Part shown: positions 15,966 to 24,556 of the stretch, piece by piece | How the letters are laid out: every line of letters begins with the position of its first letter | Numbering within the stretch: position 1 is the first letter of the stretch | From: Bacteroidota bacterium | GTDB lineage: Bacteria > Bacteroidota > Bacteroidia > Bacteroidales > FEN-979 | NCBI GenBank assembly: GCA_037134895.1 | Contig: JBAXLI010000009.1 | Location: 3,855-67,854, forward strand | Direction of reading: 5' to 3' | DNA length: 64,000 nucleotides | Program-made: the position numbers and the translations under genes | Notes under the pieces: model-generated | Told to the model about the DNA's origin: nothing | Database searches by the model: none | The model's input: only the letters and a program-made list of their open reading frames with translations

Positions 15966-18071
15966 TCAGGTCATCAGGGTAAAAAAGAAAGTGGCCCCTT
16001 TACCGGGTTCGCTCTCTGCCCAGATCTTCCCATCATGCTTATGGATAATTCGCATTACAGTTGCAAGGCCAACACCTGTGCCTGAGAATTGGTCGGCAGA
16101 ATGCAATCGCTGGAAAGGGGTAAACAATTTGTCATAGAGGTTCATGTCAAAACCAATCCCGTTATCGCGCAAGAAAATGACAACTTTACCATCCTGATTA
16201 ATAAATCTGCCAAAATGAATGTATGGTTTGATTGTCTTCCCGGTATATTTCCAGGCATTATCAAAAAGGTTCTGGACGACGATCCTGAGGAGATGCCGGT
16301 CCCCCGAGACCATAATCTTTGATTGGATTTCAATGTCAACATCCCTGTTCGGATCACTTTCACTGATGGTTTTACAAACATCTGCCGCAATTTCACTTAA
16401 GTCAAACTCCTCTTTGATTAACTCCTTGCGGCTAATCTTAGATAAATTGAGAATATCCTCAATAAGTTGATTCATCTCTAGTGAAGAGTTTTCAATCCGG
16501 GTGATATAATCTTTCCCCGCCTCATCCAGAATGGAAGAATAATCTTCAAGCAAAGCCTGGCTCATTCCTTTAATTCTCCTGGCAGGGCCGCGTAAATCGT
16601 GAGATACGGAATATGAAAATGATTCAAGTTCCGAATAGGCCGCCTCCAGCTGGGCTGTCCTGGAAATGACCTTTTGTTCAAGCTCATCGGCAAATTGTTT
16701 CACCTCTTGCTGGGCCTCTTTTCTGATCTGAACTTCTTCAAGAAGCTCTTTGGTCCTTTCCGACACAAGTACCTCAAGCTCTTTTTCCCGGATCTGCCGT
16801 ATGCGGTATTTAAATATAAAAACCAAAACGGTAAGAAACAGGATGATCACAATGAGGATGAAATAGTTAATATACGTTCGTTGCTTCCCCACTTTTAACG
16901 ATTCAATCTGATTCTCCTTTTTCAGGATCTGTATCTGGGCCTCCTTCTTTTCAGTTTCGTATTTAGCTTGGAGATCAATCATTTGCCTTTGACTTTCAGA
17001 GTTAAGCAGGCTGTCTTTGAAGATGCCTGCCTGAAGACTATAGTAAAGCGCCTTTTGAAAATCCTTTATCTGGGTGTAGATCAATCTCAGGCTGTCGCAA
17101 ACCGCCTTTTTCAGCTCAATGTCCTTGCTGATCTCCATGGCTTTTTCTTTATACTGAATAGCCCTGGAAAAATCGCCGGACTTCCTGTAGATTTCTGCGA
17201 TATTTGAATAGGAAGCGGCAATTCCTTCGTGGTTATTCTGTTCTTCTTCGAGCCTGAGCGATTTGCGCTGAAAAATGAGCGCCCTTGAAATATCCCCGTT
17301 ATCCAGGTAAATTATTGCCATGTTGCAAAACATGGTTGCAAGACCTTTTTTATCATTGAGTTTCGTGTATATCGCAAGTGCCTTTTTATAATACTCCATG
17401 GTTTTCCCCGGATCCCTGTCATCAATATACCGGTAAATGATGCCGATATTGTTCAGGTTAAGAGCAATTCCTATCTGATCTCCCCTGATGCTGTCTATTT
17501 CGAGAGATCGCTTGTAATACTCAAGCGCTTTCTTGTAATCATGCATATTATGATACAGATGAGCAAGAGAATAAACCGCTGCTGATATTCTCTCCTGGTC
17601 ACCGATCTCTTCTGCAACGGAAAGGCTCTTAAGGTGAAATTTAAGAGCTTCGTTATACTTGTTTAAAAGCCGGTAGGAAACTCCTGTTGCATTCAGGCAA
17701 TATGCCTCTGCCTTGCGATCATGCCGCTCCTGATTTAACCTTGTCGCCCTCTGGTACCAAATGATGGCATTCTGGTAATCATTAAGCCCCCAATAAGCCT
17801 CAGCAATATTTTTCATTGCATCGCTTTTCTCTTTAGAGAATGCTCCTTTTTCAGAAAGACTCATGGCTTCTTCAGCCACTTTCCTTGACTGGTAATAACG
17901 GCTATTGTTATAGTAAAAAAGGGAAAGAGCATTTAAGGTATCTGCCTGTTCCTTCTCTGACAGACCTGAAATTGTACGCATGATGCTGTCGGTCTGATCA
18001 GTTTGCCCAAAGGCAGATGTTGTATGCAAGCAAAGAAAATACAGGAGACAATATGAAAGTATATGTTTCAT
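15966..18071 (-). CDS. Sensor histidine kinase with a periplasmic TPR domain
   Basis: 701 aa. Order is signal peptide, TPR repeats, a coiled segment AKYETEKKEAQIQILKKEN, one TM helix, HisKA (SYSVSHDLRGP), then HATPase_c (DNGIGF, GTGVGLA, GKGATFFFTL). Confidence 0.85.
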   Translation of the reverse strand: MKHILSYCLLYFLCLHTTSAFGQTDQTDSIMRTISGLSEKEQADTLNALSLFYYNNSRYYQSRKVAEEAMSLSEKGAFSKEKSDAMKNIAEAYWGLNDYQNAIIWYQRATRLNQERHDRKAEAYCLNATGVSYRLLNKYNEALKFHLKSLSVAEEIGDQERISAAVYSLAHLYHNMHDYKKALEYYKRSLEIDSIRGDQIGIALNLNNIGIIYRYIDDRDPGKTMEYYKKALAIYTKLNDKKGLATMFCNMAIIYLDNGDISRALIFQRKSLRLEEEQNNHEGIAASYSNIAEIYRKSGDFSRAIQYKEKAMEISKDIELKKAVCDSLRLIYTQIKDFQKALYYSLQAGIFKDSLLNSESQRQMIDLQAKYETEKKEAQIQILKKENQIESLKVGKQRTYINYFILIVIILFLTVLVFIFKYRIRQIREKELEVLVSERTKELLEEVQIRKEAQQEVKQFADELEQKVISRTAQLEAAYSELESFSYSVSHDLRGPARRIKGMSQALLEDYSSILDEAGKDYITRIENSSLEMNQLIEDILNLSKISRKELIKEEFDLSEIAADVCKTISESDPNRDVDIEIQSKIMVSGDRHLLRIVVQNLFDNAWKYTGKTIKPYIHFGRFINQDGKVVIFLRDNGIGFDMNLYDKLFTPFQRLHSADQFSGTGVGLATVMRIIHKHDGKIWAESEPGKGATFFFTLMT

Positions 18072-18283
18072 ATTTAAACGACCTCAGGCAATTCAAGAGT
18101 AAACCGGGGCTGTAAAATGTTAAAGTAAATTGCTCCTATCCGGTATATTAGGTCAAATATAGGGAAGAAAAGACCATTGTCAACAGTTACAATAATAATT
18201 TCGTTGCAATGGGAATTAGTTCAGTTACTTACTTTTTAGCTACTTTTACTTATTACAGGTTGCAATTGCCTGATTATAAATAA

Positions 18284-18291
18284 TATCTTTG
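18284..18291 (+). promoter_or_regulatory. -7 box TATCTTTG upstream of the LruC-domain gene
   Basis: TAnnTTTG match 17 nt upstream of the ATG at 18309 and 56 nt upstream of the ATG at 18348. Confidence 0.35.
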
Positions 18292-18347
18292 ATGGTAAAT
18301 ATCATGCCATGAAAACTCTGCACTGTAAAAACGGTAAAAGATCTGAA

Positions 18348-20375
18348 ATGATGAATCTTTTAAGTATCGGAATGATCTTGTTACTTTTAATTATAGGTTC
18401 CTGCAAGAAGAATAGTTCAGTTGATAATTCTGCACCAAAACCCATTGACCAGATCTCTTTCCCGAATAATTTCGACTGGGCTACTGCCAGGGATGTAAAT
18501 TTCCAGATAACGGCTCTTGATAACTCTGACCAGCCTTTGATTGGCGTCAGGTTTGACGTGTATACAAAGAGTCCGGAAGAGGGAGGTGTTCTACTGCACA
18601 GCGGAGTTACAGATGCCAGTGGCCAACTCAAGTTCATACGACCTGTACCAACCTATCTCACCCAGGTCACGGTCACAAACAAATATATTGGGCTTCTTTT
18701 TCAAAAAACTGTTCCGGTTTCATCAAATTCGGTTATCGTTTCATTTGGAGGAAAAACTCCGAATCCGGTCCATACGAAATCTTCACAGGGACTCATTCCC
18801 ACCGGAATCCCAAAAGTATGGGTTCTTGGTACCTACACAGCATTGGGAGCGCCTGATTACCTTGAGTCTCAGAACGCGGTTATCCCGGCTTCCCTTCTAA
18901 ACGACATCAATGCTTCCCTGCCCGAAGGCCAGAATGTAGCCAATCATCATCCGCAGTACCTTACGAATACAAATGAAACCAACCTTCCATTACAGGAAAT
19001 GTGCGATGTATGGATTACTTATATAAGTTCTTATTGCGGATTTCACAATATCGTTGGTTTCTTCACTTATCCTACTAATAATCCCCCCACCTCAGCCAGC
19101 CAGATCGATTCAATAAAAGTAATCTGGCCGAATGTTGCACTTACTGGAAATGCAGGCGGACTTGCCTCGGGGAATAAGGTTTACCTGGGAAGATATCCTG
19201 CCGGCAGGTCTATTGGGTGGGTTATATTCGCTAACGGCTGGAATGGGTCAACGATCACAGCAGGCCAGTGGATTTTTTATTCGATTGATAACCTGAACCC
19301 GGAGTCAAATCCGAGCCTCAAGCGCCATGCGATTTTATTAAGAGATCCGGGACGGCATCATATTATATTTTCTTGGGAAGACTGGAAACGTGACGAAGGA
19401 TCCGACTCAGATTTCAATGATAATGTGTTCTCTGTGACTGCCAGCCCTGTTTCGGCTATCAAAACCGATAACATGCCTAACTGTGACAACACCCGACCTG
19501 ATCGCGACCATGACGGTGTTTGTGACCTGGATGACGATTTCCCTGATGATGCAACAAAAAGCTTTCACAACTATTATCCAAGTGCTTCCGGCTTTGGGTC
19601 TCTCGCTTTTGAGGACCTCTGGCCATCCAAAGGGGATTATGATCTGAACGACCTGGTTGTAAGTTATCGTTTTGACCAGATCACGAATAATCTCAACAAA
19701 GTTGTCGAAATTAAAGCCACTCTCAGTACCGAGGCTATGGGAGCAAATTACCACAATGGATTTGGTATTATGCTGCCGATACCCTGGAACAAGGTAGCAA
19801 ATGTAACCGGGACTTCTATTCTGCATGGTGCGATCACTCTGAATGCAAATAAAACCGAGTCGGGACAAGCCAATGCAGTTATCATTGTTTATGACGACGC
19901 ATATGACAGGCTTCCTCCCTCAGACCCGGGTTGCGGGATCGGAACCAATACCACTATTGGCTGCCCATATGTTAATCCCGATCTGATTACCCTTGACATT
20001 ACATTGACCGAAGCGATACCTGTTTCAACAATAGGGACACCCCCATACAATCCATTCATTTACGTGAACCAGATCAGGAGCCGGGAAGTCCATCTTCAGG
20101 ATAAACCACCAACCGACAAGGCAAATATTGCTGAATTTGGAACCTTCGACGATAACAGCAACCCGGCAACAGGAAGATATTACAAAACTTCCAATAACCT
20201 GCCATGGGCTTTTAACCTGGCTGAAAAGTTCTCATACCCCAGTGAAAAAAGTCCTGTAAACACTGCGTATCTGCATTTTATTGAATGGGCGCAGAGCAGC
20301 GGAGTTTTGTTCCCCGACTGGTACAAGAATACTGCCTCCGGATACAGGGACAATTCGAAGATTTACACCCACTGA
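18348..20375 (+). CDS. LruC-domain (DUF4842-like) lipoprotein with a thrombospondin-type-3-like Ca-binding stretch
   Basis: The lipoprotein signal is MMNLLSIGMILLLLIIGSC. It carries DSDFNDNVF, RPDRDHDGVCDLDDDFPDD and FEDLWPSKGDYDLNDLVV, motifs I associate with LruC/DUF4842 proteins. The ATG at 18309 is an alternative start. Confidence 0.65.
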   Translation: MMNLLSIGMILLLLIIGSCKKNSSVDNSAPKPIDQISFPNNFDWATARDVNFQITALDNSDQPLIGVRFDVYTKSPEEGGVLLHSGVTDASGQLKFIRPVPTYLTQVTVTNKYIGLLFQKTVPVSSNSVIVSFGGKTPNPVHTKSSQGLIPTGIPKVWVLGTYTALGAPDYLESQNAVIPASLLNDINASLPEGQNVANHHPQYLTNTNETNLPLQEMCDVWITYISSYCGFHNIVGFFTYPTNNPPTSASQIDSIKVIWPNVALTGNAGGLASGNKVYLGRYPAGRSIGWVIFANGWNGSTITAGQWIFYSIDNLNPESNPSLKRHAILLRDPGRHHIIFSWEDWKRDEGSDSDFNDNVFSVTASPVSAIKTDNMPNCDNTRPDRDHDGVCDLDDDFPDDATKSFHNYYPSASGFGSLAFEDLWPSKGDYDLNDLVVSYRFDQITNNLNKVVEIKATLSTEAMGANYHNGFGIMLPIPWNKVANVTGTSILHGAITLNANKTESGQANAVIIVYDDAYDRLPPSDPGCGIGTNTTIGCPYVNPDLITLDITLTEAIPVSTIGTPPYNPFIYVNQIRSREVHLQDKPPTDKANIAEFGTFDDNSNPATGRYYKTSNNLPWAFNLAEKFSYPSEKSPVNTAYLHFIEWAQSSGVLFPDWYKNTASGYRDNSKIYTH

Positions 20376-20401
20376 ACATTAAGAACAGGATTTCTTTGCT
20401 C

Positions 20402-21337
20402 TTAGTTGTTCAGGATTGAATTTTCTTTTAAATACTGCCTTATTTCGGGAAAAGATGATTTCCACTCACTGGAGAAGTCCATGGCCTGAATTACATGGGG
20501 AAAATCAAAGTAATTATCAAATACAACGGTTAAAAATCTGTGTTTCAAATACCAGCTTTCGAGTAAATTCTTTTCTGATTCAGATAGTTTAAATGCCTTT
20601 TCAAAAGTATCCTTGTCTCCAAAAGCATCTATCCATTCCTGTTCGGTATAATTTTTCCGGTGTTCATCCAGTTTTTTCTGGATCACTGTTTTTATTTTGC
20701 TTTTTAAGGCGGATAACATGGCAGGCTTAATTTCATTCAACAACGAAATTTCTTTATTGTTTGTCAGATCAAACGTATGATAAATCGTCCCGGACGACAG
20801 GTAAGCTCCCATTGTTTCCCATGCAAATGACAGGCTTAAAATATTCTTTTCAGAAAAGAGGTAAACCAGTTTTGGTTTTTTACTTCCTTCACCTGCATAT
20901 TCGTTTAACTCCTCGCTCAGTGCCTTTCCATTTAGCAGAATAAGTTTTGAAGCGGCTGGTATTTTAGCAAACTGTTTAAATGAAACATCAGTTTTATACA
21001 ACTTCACTGATGATGATTTTGTGCTGTTCGCCTTACTCCAGTTCCCTGTTATACTGTCTCCGAAATTTGTACATGTGAAAACACCTGTACATACTCCGTC
21101 TTTGCTGGTTTCATTAAGTGTTATCTGGCTGCCTTTGATTATTCCGGAAAGCGGAATGCTGCCTCCGTCTTTTTTATAGAAATACACACCGGTGACCGTG
21201 CCATCATTTGCCGCCAAGTTTAAATCGACCCAAACAGGGAAGGTTCCAGAGATATAGCCCTCAAATGATTGGGCATTACAAGTTGTTACAGCTCCTAAAA
21301 CAATTAAACAGGTCAGGAGCAATGATTTCTTTTTCAT
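20402..21337 (-). CDS. Hypothetical secreted protein
   Basis: 311 aa with signal peptide MKKKSLLLTCLIVLGAVTTCNAQ. No domain recognised with confidence. Confidence 0.5.
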   Translation of the reverse strand: MKKKSLLLTCLIVLGAVTTCNAQSFEGYISGTFPVWVDLNLAANDGTVTGVYFYKKDGGSIPLSGIIKGSQITLNETSKDGVCTGVFTCTNFGDSITGNWSKANSTKSSSVKLYKTDVSFKQFAKIPAASKLILLNGKALSEELNEYAGEGSKKPKLVYLFSEKNILSLSFAWETMGAYLSSGTIYHTFDLTNNKEISLLNEIKPAMLSALKSKIKTVIQKKLDEHRKNYTEQEWIDAFGDKDTFEKAFKLSESEKNLLESWYLKHRFLTVVFDNYFDFPHVIQAMDFSSEWKSSFPEIRQYLKENSILNN

Positions 21338-21445
21338 TTGCGGGTTTGTGTAAAATTAAAGAAGGCAGCCTCTTTCGTTTCAGTAAAGAATTCCAGGCAA
21401 GTTACGACAGTGCAGTGAAATAAAGGATGCTGTAATGATTGAATT

Positions 21446-22288
21446 TTAGTTGTCTCTGATCATCACCCTGCCGGTGTAGCAGGTGTTGTCTTGAGTCAGC
21501 CTGATCAAATAGATTCCGGCCCTGAGGTCGCCGCGATCAAAATCAACCGTTTGTCCGGAGACACTTTGAACTTGGCTTACCTGCTGCCCCTGGGAGTTAT
21601 AGACTGTGAGGCATGCGTTTCTAAGAAAAGTCCCGCATTGAAGTGTTGTCAAAGAACAAAATGGATTGGGATGAAATGAAATGGCTTCTTTATTGACAGT
21701 TTCATCCACTCCTGCATTACTTGTGATCCGGTTCGTGCCTTGCCAGAACCCGTTCTTTAAGGTGTCTATCAAAGCATTGTATTTTATTATAAAGAATCCT
21801 TCCTGTGAATCGGGATCCATGTAATAGATGTTGTCACCGTTGATGCCATGCCCGACGACAAAGTGCCCTGTCGTGTCTTTCCACTGCAGGCGAATAACGA
21901 ACAGCCTGTTTTTCTGCATATCCGATCTCACTTCATTAAGGTCTGAAGGCTTGTCATATCCCTGGTTCTGAATGCTTCCAAAATGAATCAGAATGTCCTG
22001 GATACTGCCGGCGTAACCGTAATTGTAATTCCAGTAATTACAGCCCACGCTTGGATCCACGCAACAATTAACCTGGCCAAAATTGTGAAATTTGGACGTA
22101 TTTCTTACCCATTCGGCAATCTCGCATTGTGATTTTGGAAACTTGTAATAATCGAGAAGTGCTTTGGAACTTGCTGCCCAGCACCATTGCGTCTGTTCCT
22201 GTTTCGTTATAGGGATGGTAATTACCTGGGCCGTGGCTGTAAGACACATACAGGCTTGTACGGCTATTAAGAGAATTAGTTTTTTCAT
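21446..22288 (-). CDS. Papain-fold cysteine peptidase (C39/C70-like) with a T9SS C-terminal sorting domain
   Basis: After the signal peptide the putative catalytic residues are Cys in QEQTQWCWAASSKALLDYY, His in TGHFVVGHG, and Asp/Asn in YYMDPD. The last ~75 aa (FHPNPF...GIYLIRL...GRVMI) fit a type-A T9SS CTD. Confidence 0.6.
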   Translation of the reverse strand: MKKLILLIAVQACMCLTATAQVITIPITKQEQTQWCWAASSKALLDYYKFPKSQCEIAEWVRNTSKFHNFGQVNCCVDPSVGCNYWNYNYGYAGSIQDILIHFGSIQNQGYDKPSDLNEVRSDMQKNRLFVIRLQWKDTTGHFVVGHGINGDNIYYMDPDSQEGFFIIKYNALIDTLKNGFWQGTNRITSNAGVDETVNKEAISFHPNPFCSLTTLQCGTFLRNACLTVYNSQGQQVSQVQSVSGQTVDFDRGDLRAGIYLIRLTQDNTCYTGRVMIRDN

Positions 22289-22310
22289 AGGTATACTAAT
22301 TTGGCCTTTG

Positions 22311-22946
22311 TTATTTTATTTCCTTTTTACTGTTGACCAGGTTCATGGTCTCACGATAAAAAACGTCTATGCTTGTTTTCATCGGCATTCCTTCATTCAG
22401 TTCATAAACCGCCTGGAGCGTAGCGGTGTTGATTTCAATAAAACCATTACCTTTTTTCTGACCGCATAGAGGGGTGAAATTTGCCGTTATAAAATACTTT
22501 TCTGTATAAGAGTTTCGGATTATGACACGCTCGTTTGGTTTATCGGGGTATAATGTCTCAAACTTCTGAATGTTACGGGCAAGCACACTCCCCCCCAATC
22601 CAACAACCTCCGCTTTTCCTTCATGGATTTGCACGGTAAGCAGGGTCTGATACGCACCATCAACTGAAACCGGTACCCTCCATTCATTGCCTGAAAAGAA
22701 TTCCAATTGATTGTTCCTGACAGAAACGTAATAGGCTTGCCAGGGCTCCTCAATTTTTATTTTTGAGAAATCGCTTCTACTTATGAAACCATAATTAGTT
22801 TCACTTCCAACCGGAATCAGATCCAGGAAATACATGGCTTTCGCCGCTGCCGCCTCTTTAATCAGTAAAACCTGATTATCATTTTGGGCGGATAGTTTTA
22901 GCGAAATGAATACGATTAAAAACAGGTAAAAAACTTTGGTTTTCAT
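22311..22946 (-). CDS. Hypothetical secreted protein
   Basis: I started at MKTKVFYLFLIVFISLKLSAQ (signal peptide; M14 of the track ORF). It lies 22 nt upstream of the peptidase gene on the same strand. Confidence 0.5.
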   Translation of the reverse strand: MKTKVFYLFLIVFISLKLSAQNDNQVLLIKEAAAAKAMYFLDLIPVGSETNYGFISRSDFSKIKIEEPWQAYYVSVRNNQLEFFSGNEWRVPVSVDGAYQTLLTVQIHEGKAEVVGLGGSVLARNIQKFETLYPDKPNERVIIRNSYTEKYFITANFTPLCGQKKGNGFIEINTATLQAVYELNEGMPMKTSIDVFYRETMNLVNSKKEIK

Positions 22947-23140
22947 GGTGTTATGTGTCTGAGTGTTTTTTTTCGGGATCAACAAAGATCCAATTTACAG
23001 GCTGAAAGATAAATTCCCAGTCTTTTTAAATACAACGAAATGTACGAAAAGTTTGGTCAGAAAGGCCAACAATTCAGGGAACTCTTTAGTGAATTTTTTT
23101 ATTCCGCCAATCAGATGTACCTTAGCCTTGAATCTGAAAA

Positions 23141-24556
23141 TTGTCTCCCCTGGGAACTTACAAAATATATCTTGCTGGCATTGCATGTATGTCAATCCTT
23201 TTGATCTACGAACAGGCCTGCCTTGCCCAGGCTGTTAAGATCAGGGGAACACTCGTGAATGAGCTTACCTCTGAGCCGGTTTCTCAAGCCAGTATCAGTA
23301 TTTTTGGGACAGGAAAGGGAACTTCAACCGATAAAAACGGAAGATTTTCCCTTGAGGTTGCGAAATTTCCCGTTTCAATTGCCATAAGTTGCATCGGGTA
23401 TGAAAAAGTAAGATTCCGCATTGAGGAGTATTCAGGAAAATCGATTGAACTGAGCATAAGGCCTGTTATTTACAATCTCAGGGAAGTCGAAGTTTCTTCG
23501 GTAAGACATACCATATTGTTCCAGGACAGATCATATTCTGTTCTTGATTATGAGTTGATGGATGACAATATTTTGCTGCTGGTTTTCCGTACCGCCCTGA
23601 AGCGATCGGAACTGGTACTGCTGAACCGAACCGGGGACACACTTGCTGTTCAGGATCCTCCAATGCTTCCGCCGCTGAAGTTGTATAAGGATTTCCTGTC
23701 AAACGTGCATTATTATTCAAAATCAGGGTATACCTGGCAGTGTTACTATGATAAGGAGAAAAAGCTCATTGGCTTCCTTGACCCCCAGCCTGCCGATACC
23801 CTCGAAAAACATGTGAAACCGTTTCTATTCCGGCTATCGAACCGCCTTTACTTCCAGGAAAAGATTGCCGGGGGGTTTGGGACTATTCTGGGTTATTACA
23901 GCAGGGATAGAGGCAAATGCGTGATAAAAACTTGTCTTAATGAGAAAAAGATCAATGAATACGCTGACGACCAGAAATTCTACCTGGGATGGAATGCCAT
24001 GACCGGGGCTCCCTATGCCTTAGATACAGGTGGTATCGGTAGTCCTTCGGAGTTTGATTTTTCAATTTCTGTAACCGAAGGCGGATCATATGGAAAGAAC
24101 GAAGTGAGGGCTCACCGGTTTGAATTTTACAACATGATCTTCCCATTGATCCGTATCAGTAACGACAGTCTTGCATTTTTTAATTTTGGCAGCGATAAAA
24201 TAGAAATACTTGACAAAGACGGTACAACCACAAGGACCGTTCCCGTGAGTTTTCACAAGGAAGTTTCAGTTAAAAGCGGTGCTGACGGATCAGGTGCATT
24301 GGAAACATCGGGATGGAGATGGGGGACAAGGATCTTTACCGATGCGGCCACAAATGCGGTATACACCATGTTCATCAAAAACGGCATGGTGAAAATAAAA
24401 AAGATCGATCTCAACATAGGTAAGCTGGATACCGGGACGATTATACCTTTCCCTTTCCCCGAAAAAATAATCATATACCAGGGCGAGTCCTATTTCCTCT
24501 TCAAGGAAAGCGGGTACAAAGAAAACTGGAAGCTTGCGAAATGCAGGCTTGATTAA
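23141..24556 (+). CDS. Carboxypeptidase-regulatory-like (CarboxypepD_reg) domain protein
   Basis: The N-terminal block is VKIRGTLVNELTSEPVSQASISIFGTGKGTSTDKNGRFSLEV. The rest is unrecognised. The track start is TTG, and the ATG at 23189 is an alternative. Confidence 0.55.
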   Translation: MSPLGTYKIYLAGIACMSILLIYEQACLAQAVKIRGTLVNELTSEPVSQASISIFGTGKGTSTDKNGRFSLEVAKFPVSIAISCIGYEKVRFRIEEYSGKSIELSIRPVIYNLREVEVSSVRHTILFQDRSYSVLDYELMDDNILLLVFRTALKRSELVLLNRTGDTLAVQDPPMLPPLKLYKDFLSNVHYYSKSGYTWQCYYDKEKKLIGFLDPQPADTLEKHVKPFLFRLSNRLYFQEKIAGGFGTILGYYSRDRGKCVIKTCLNEKKINEYADDQKFYLGWNAMTGAPYALDTGGIGSPSEFDFSISVTEGGSYGKNEVRAHRFEFYNMIFPLIRISNDSLAFFNFGSDKIEILDKDGTTTRTVPVSFHKEVSVKSGADGSGALETSGWRWGTRIFTDAATNAVYTMFIKNGMVKIKKIDLNIGKLDTGTIIPFPFPEKIIIYQGESYFLFKESGYKENWKLAKCRLD

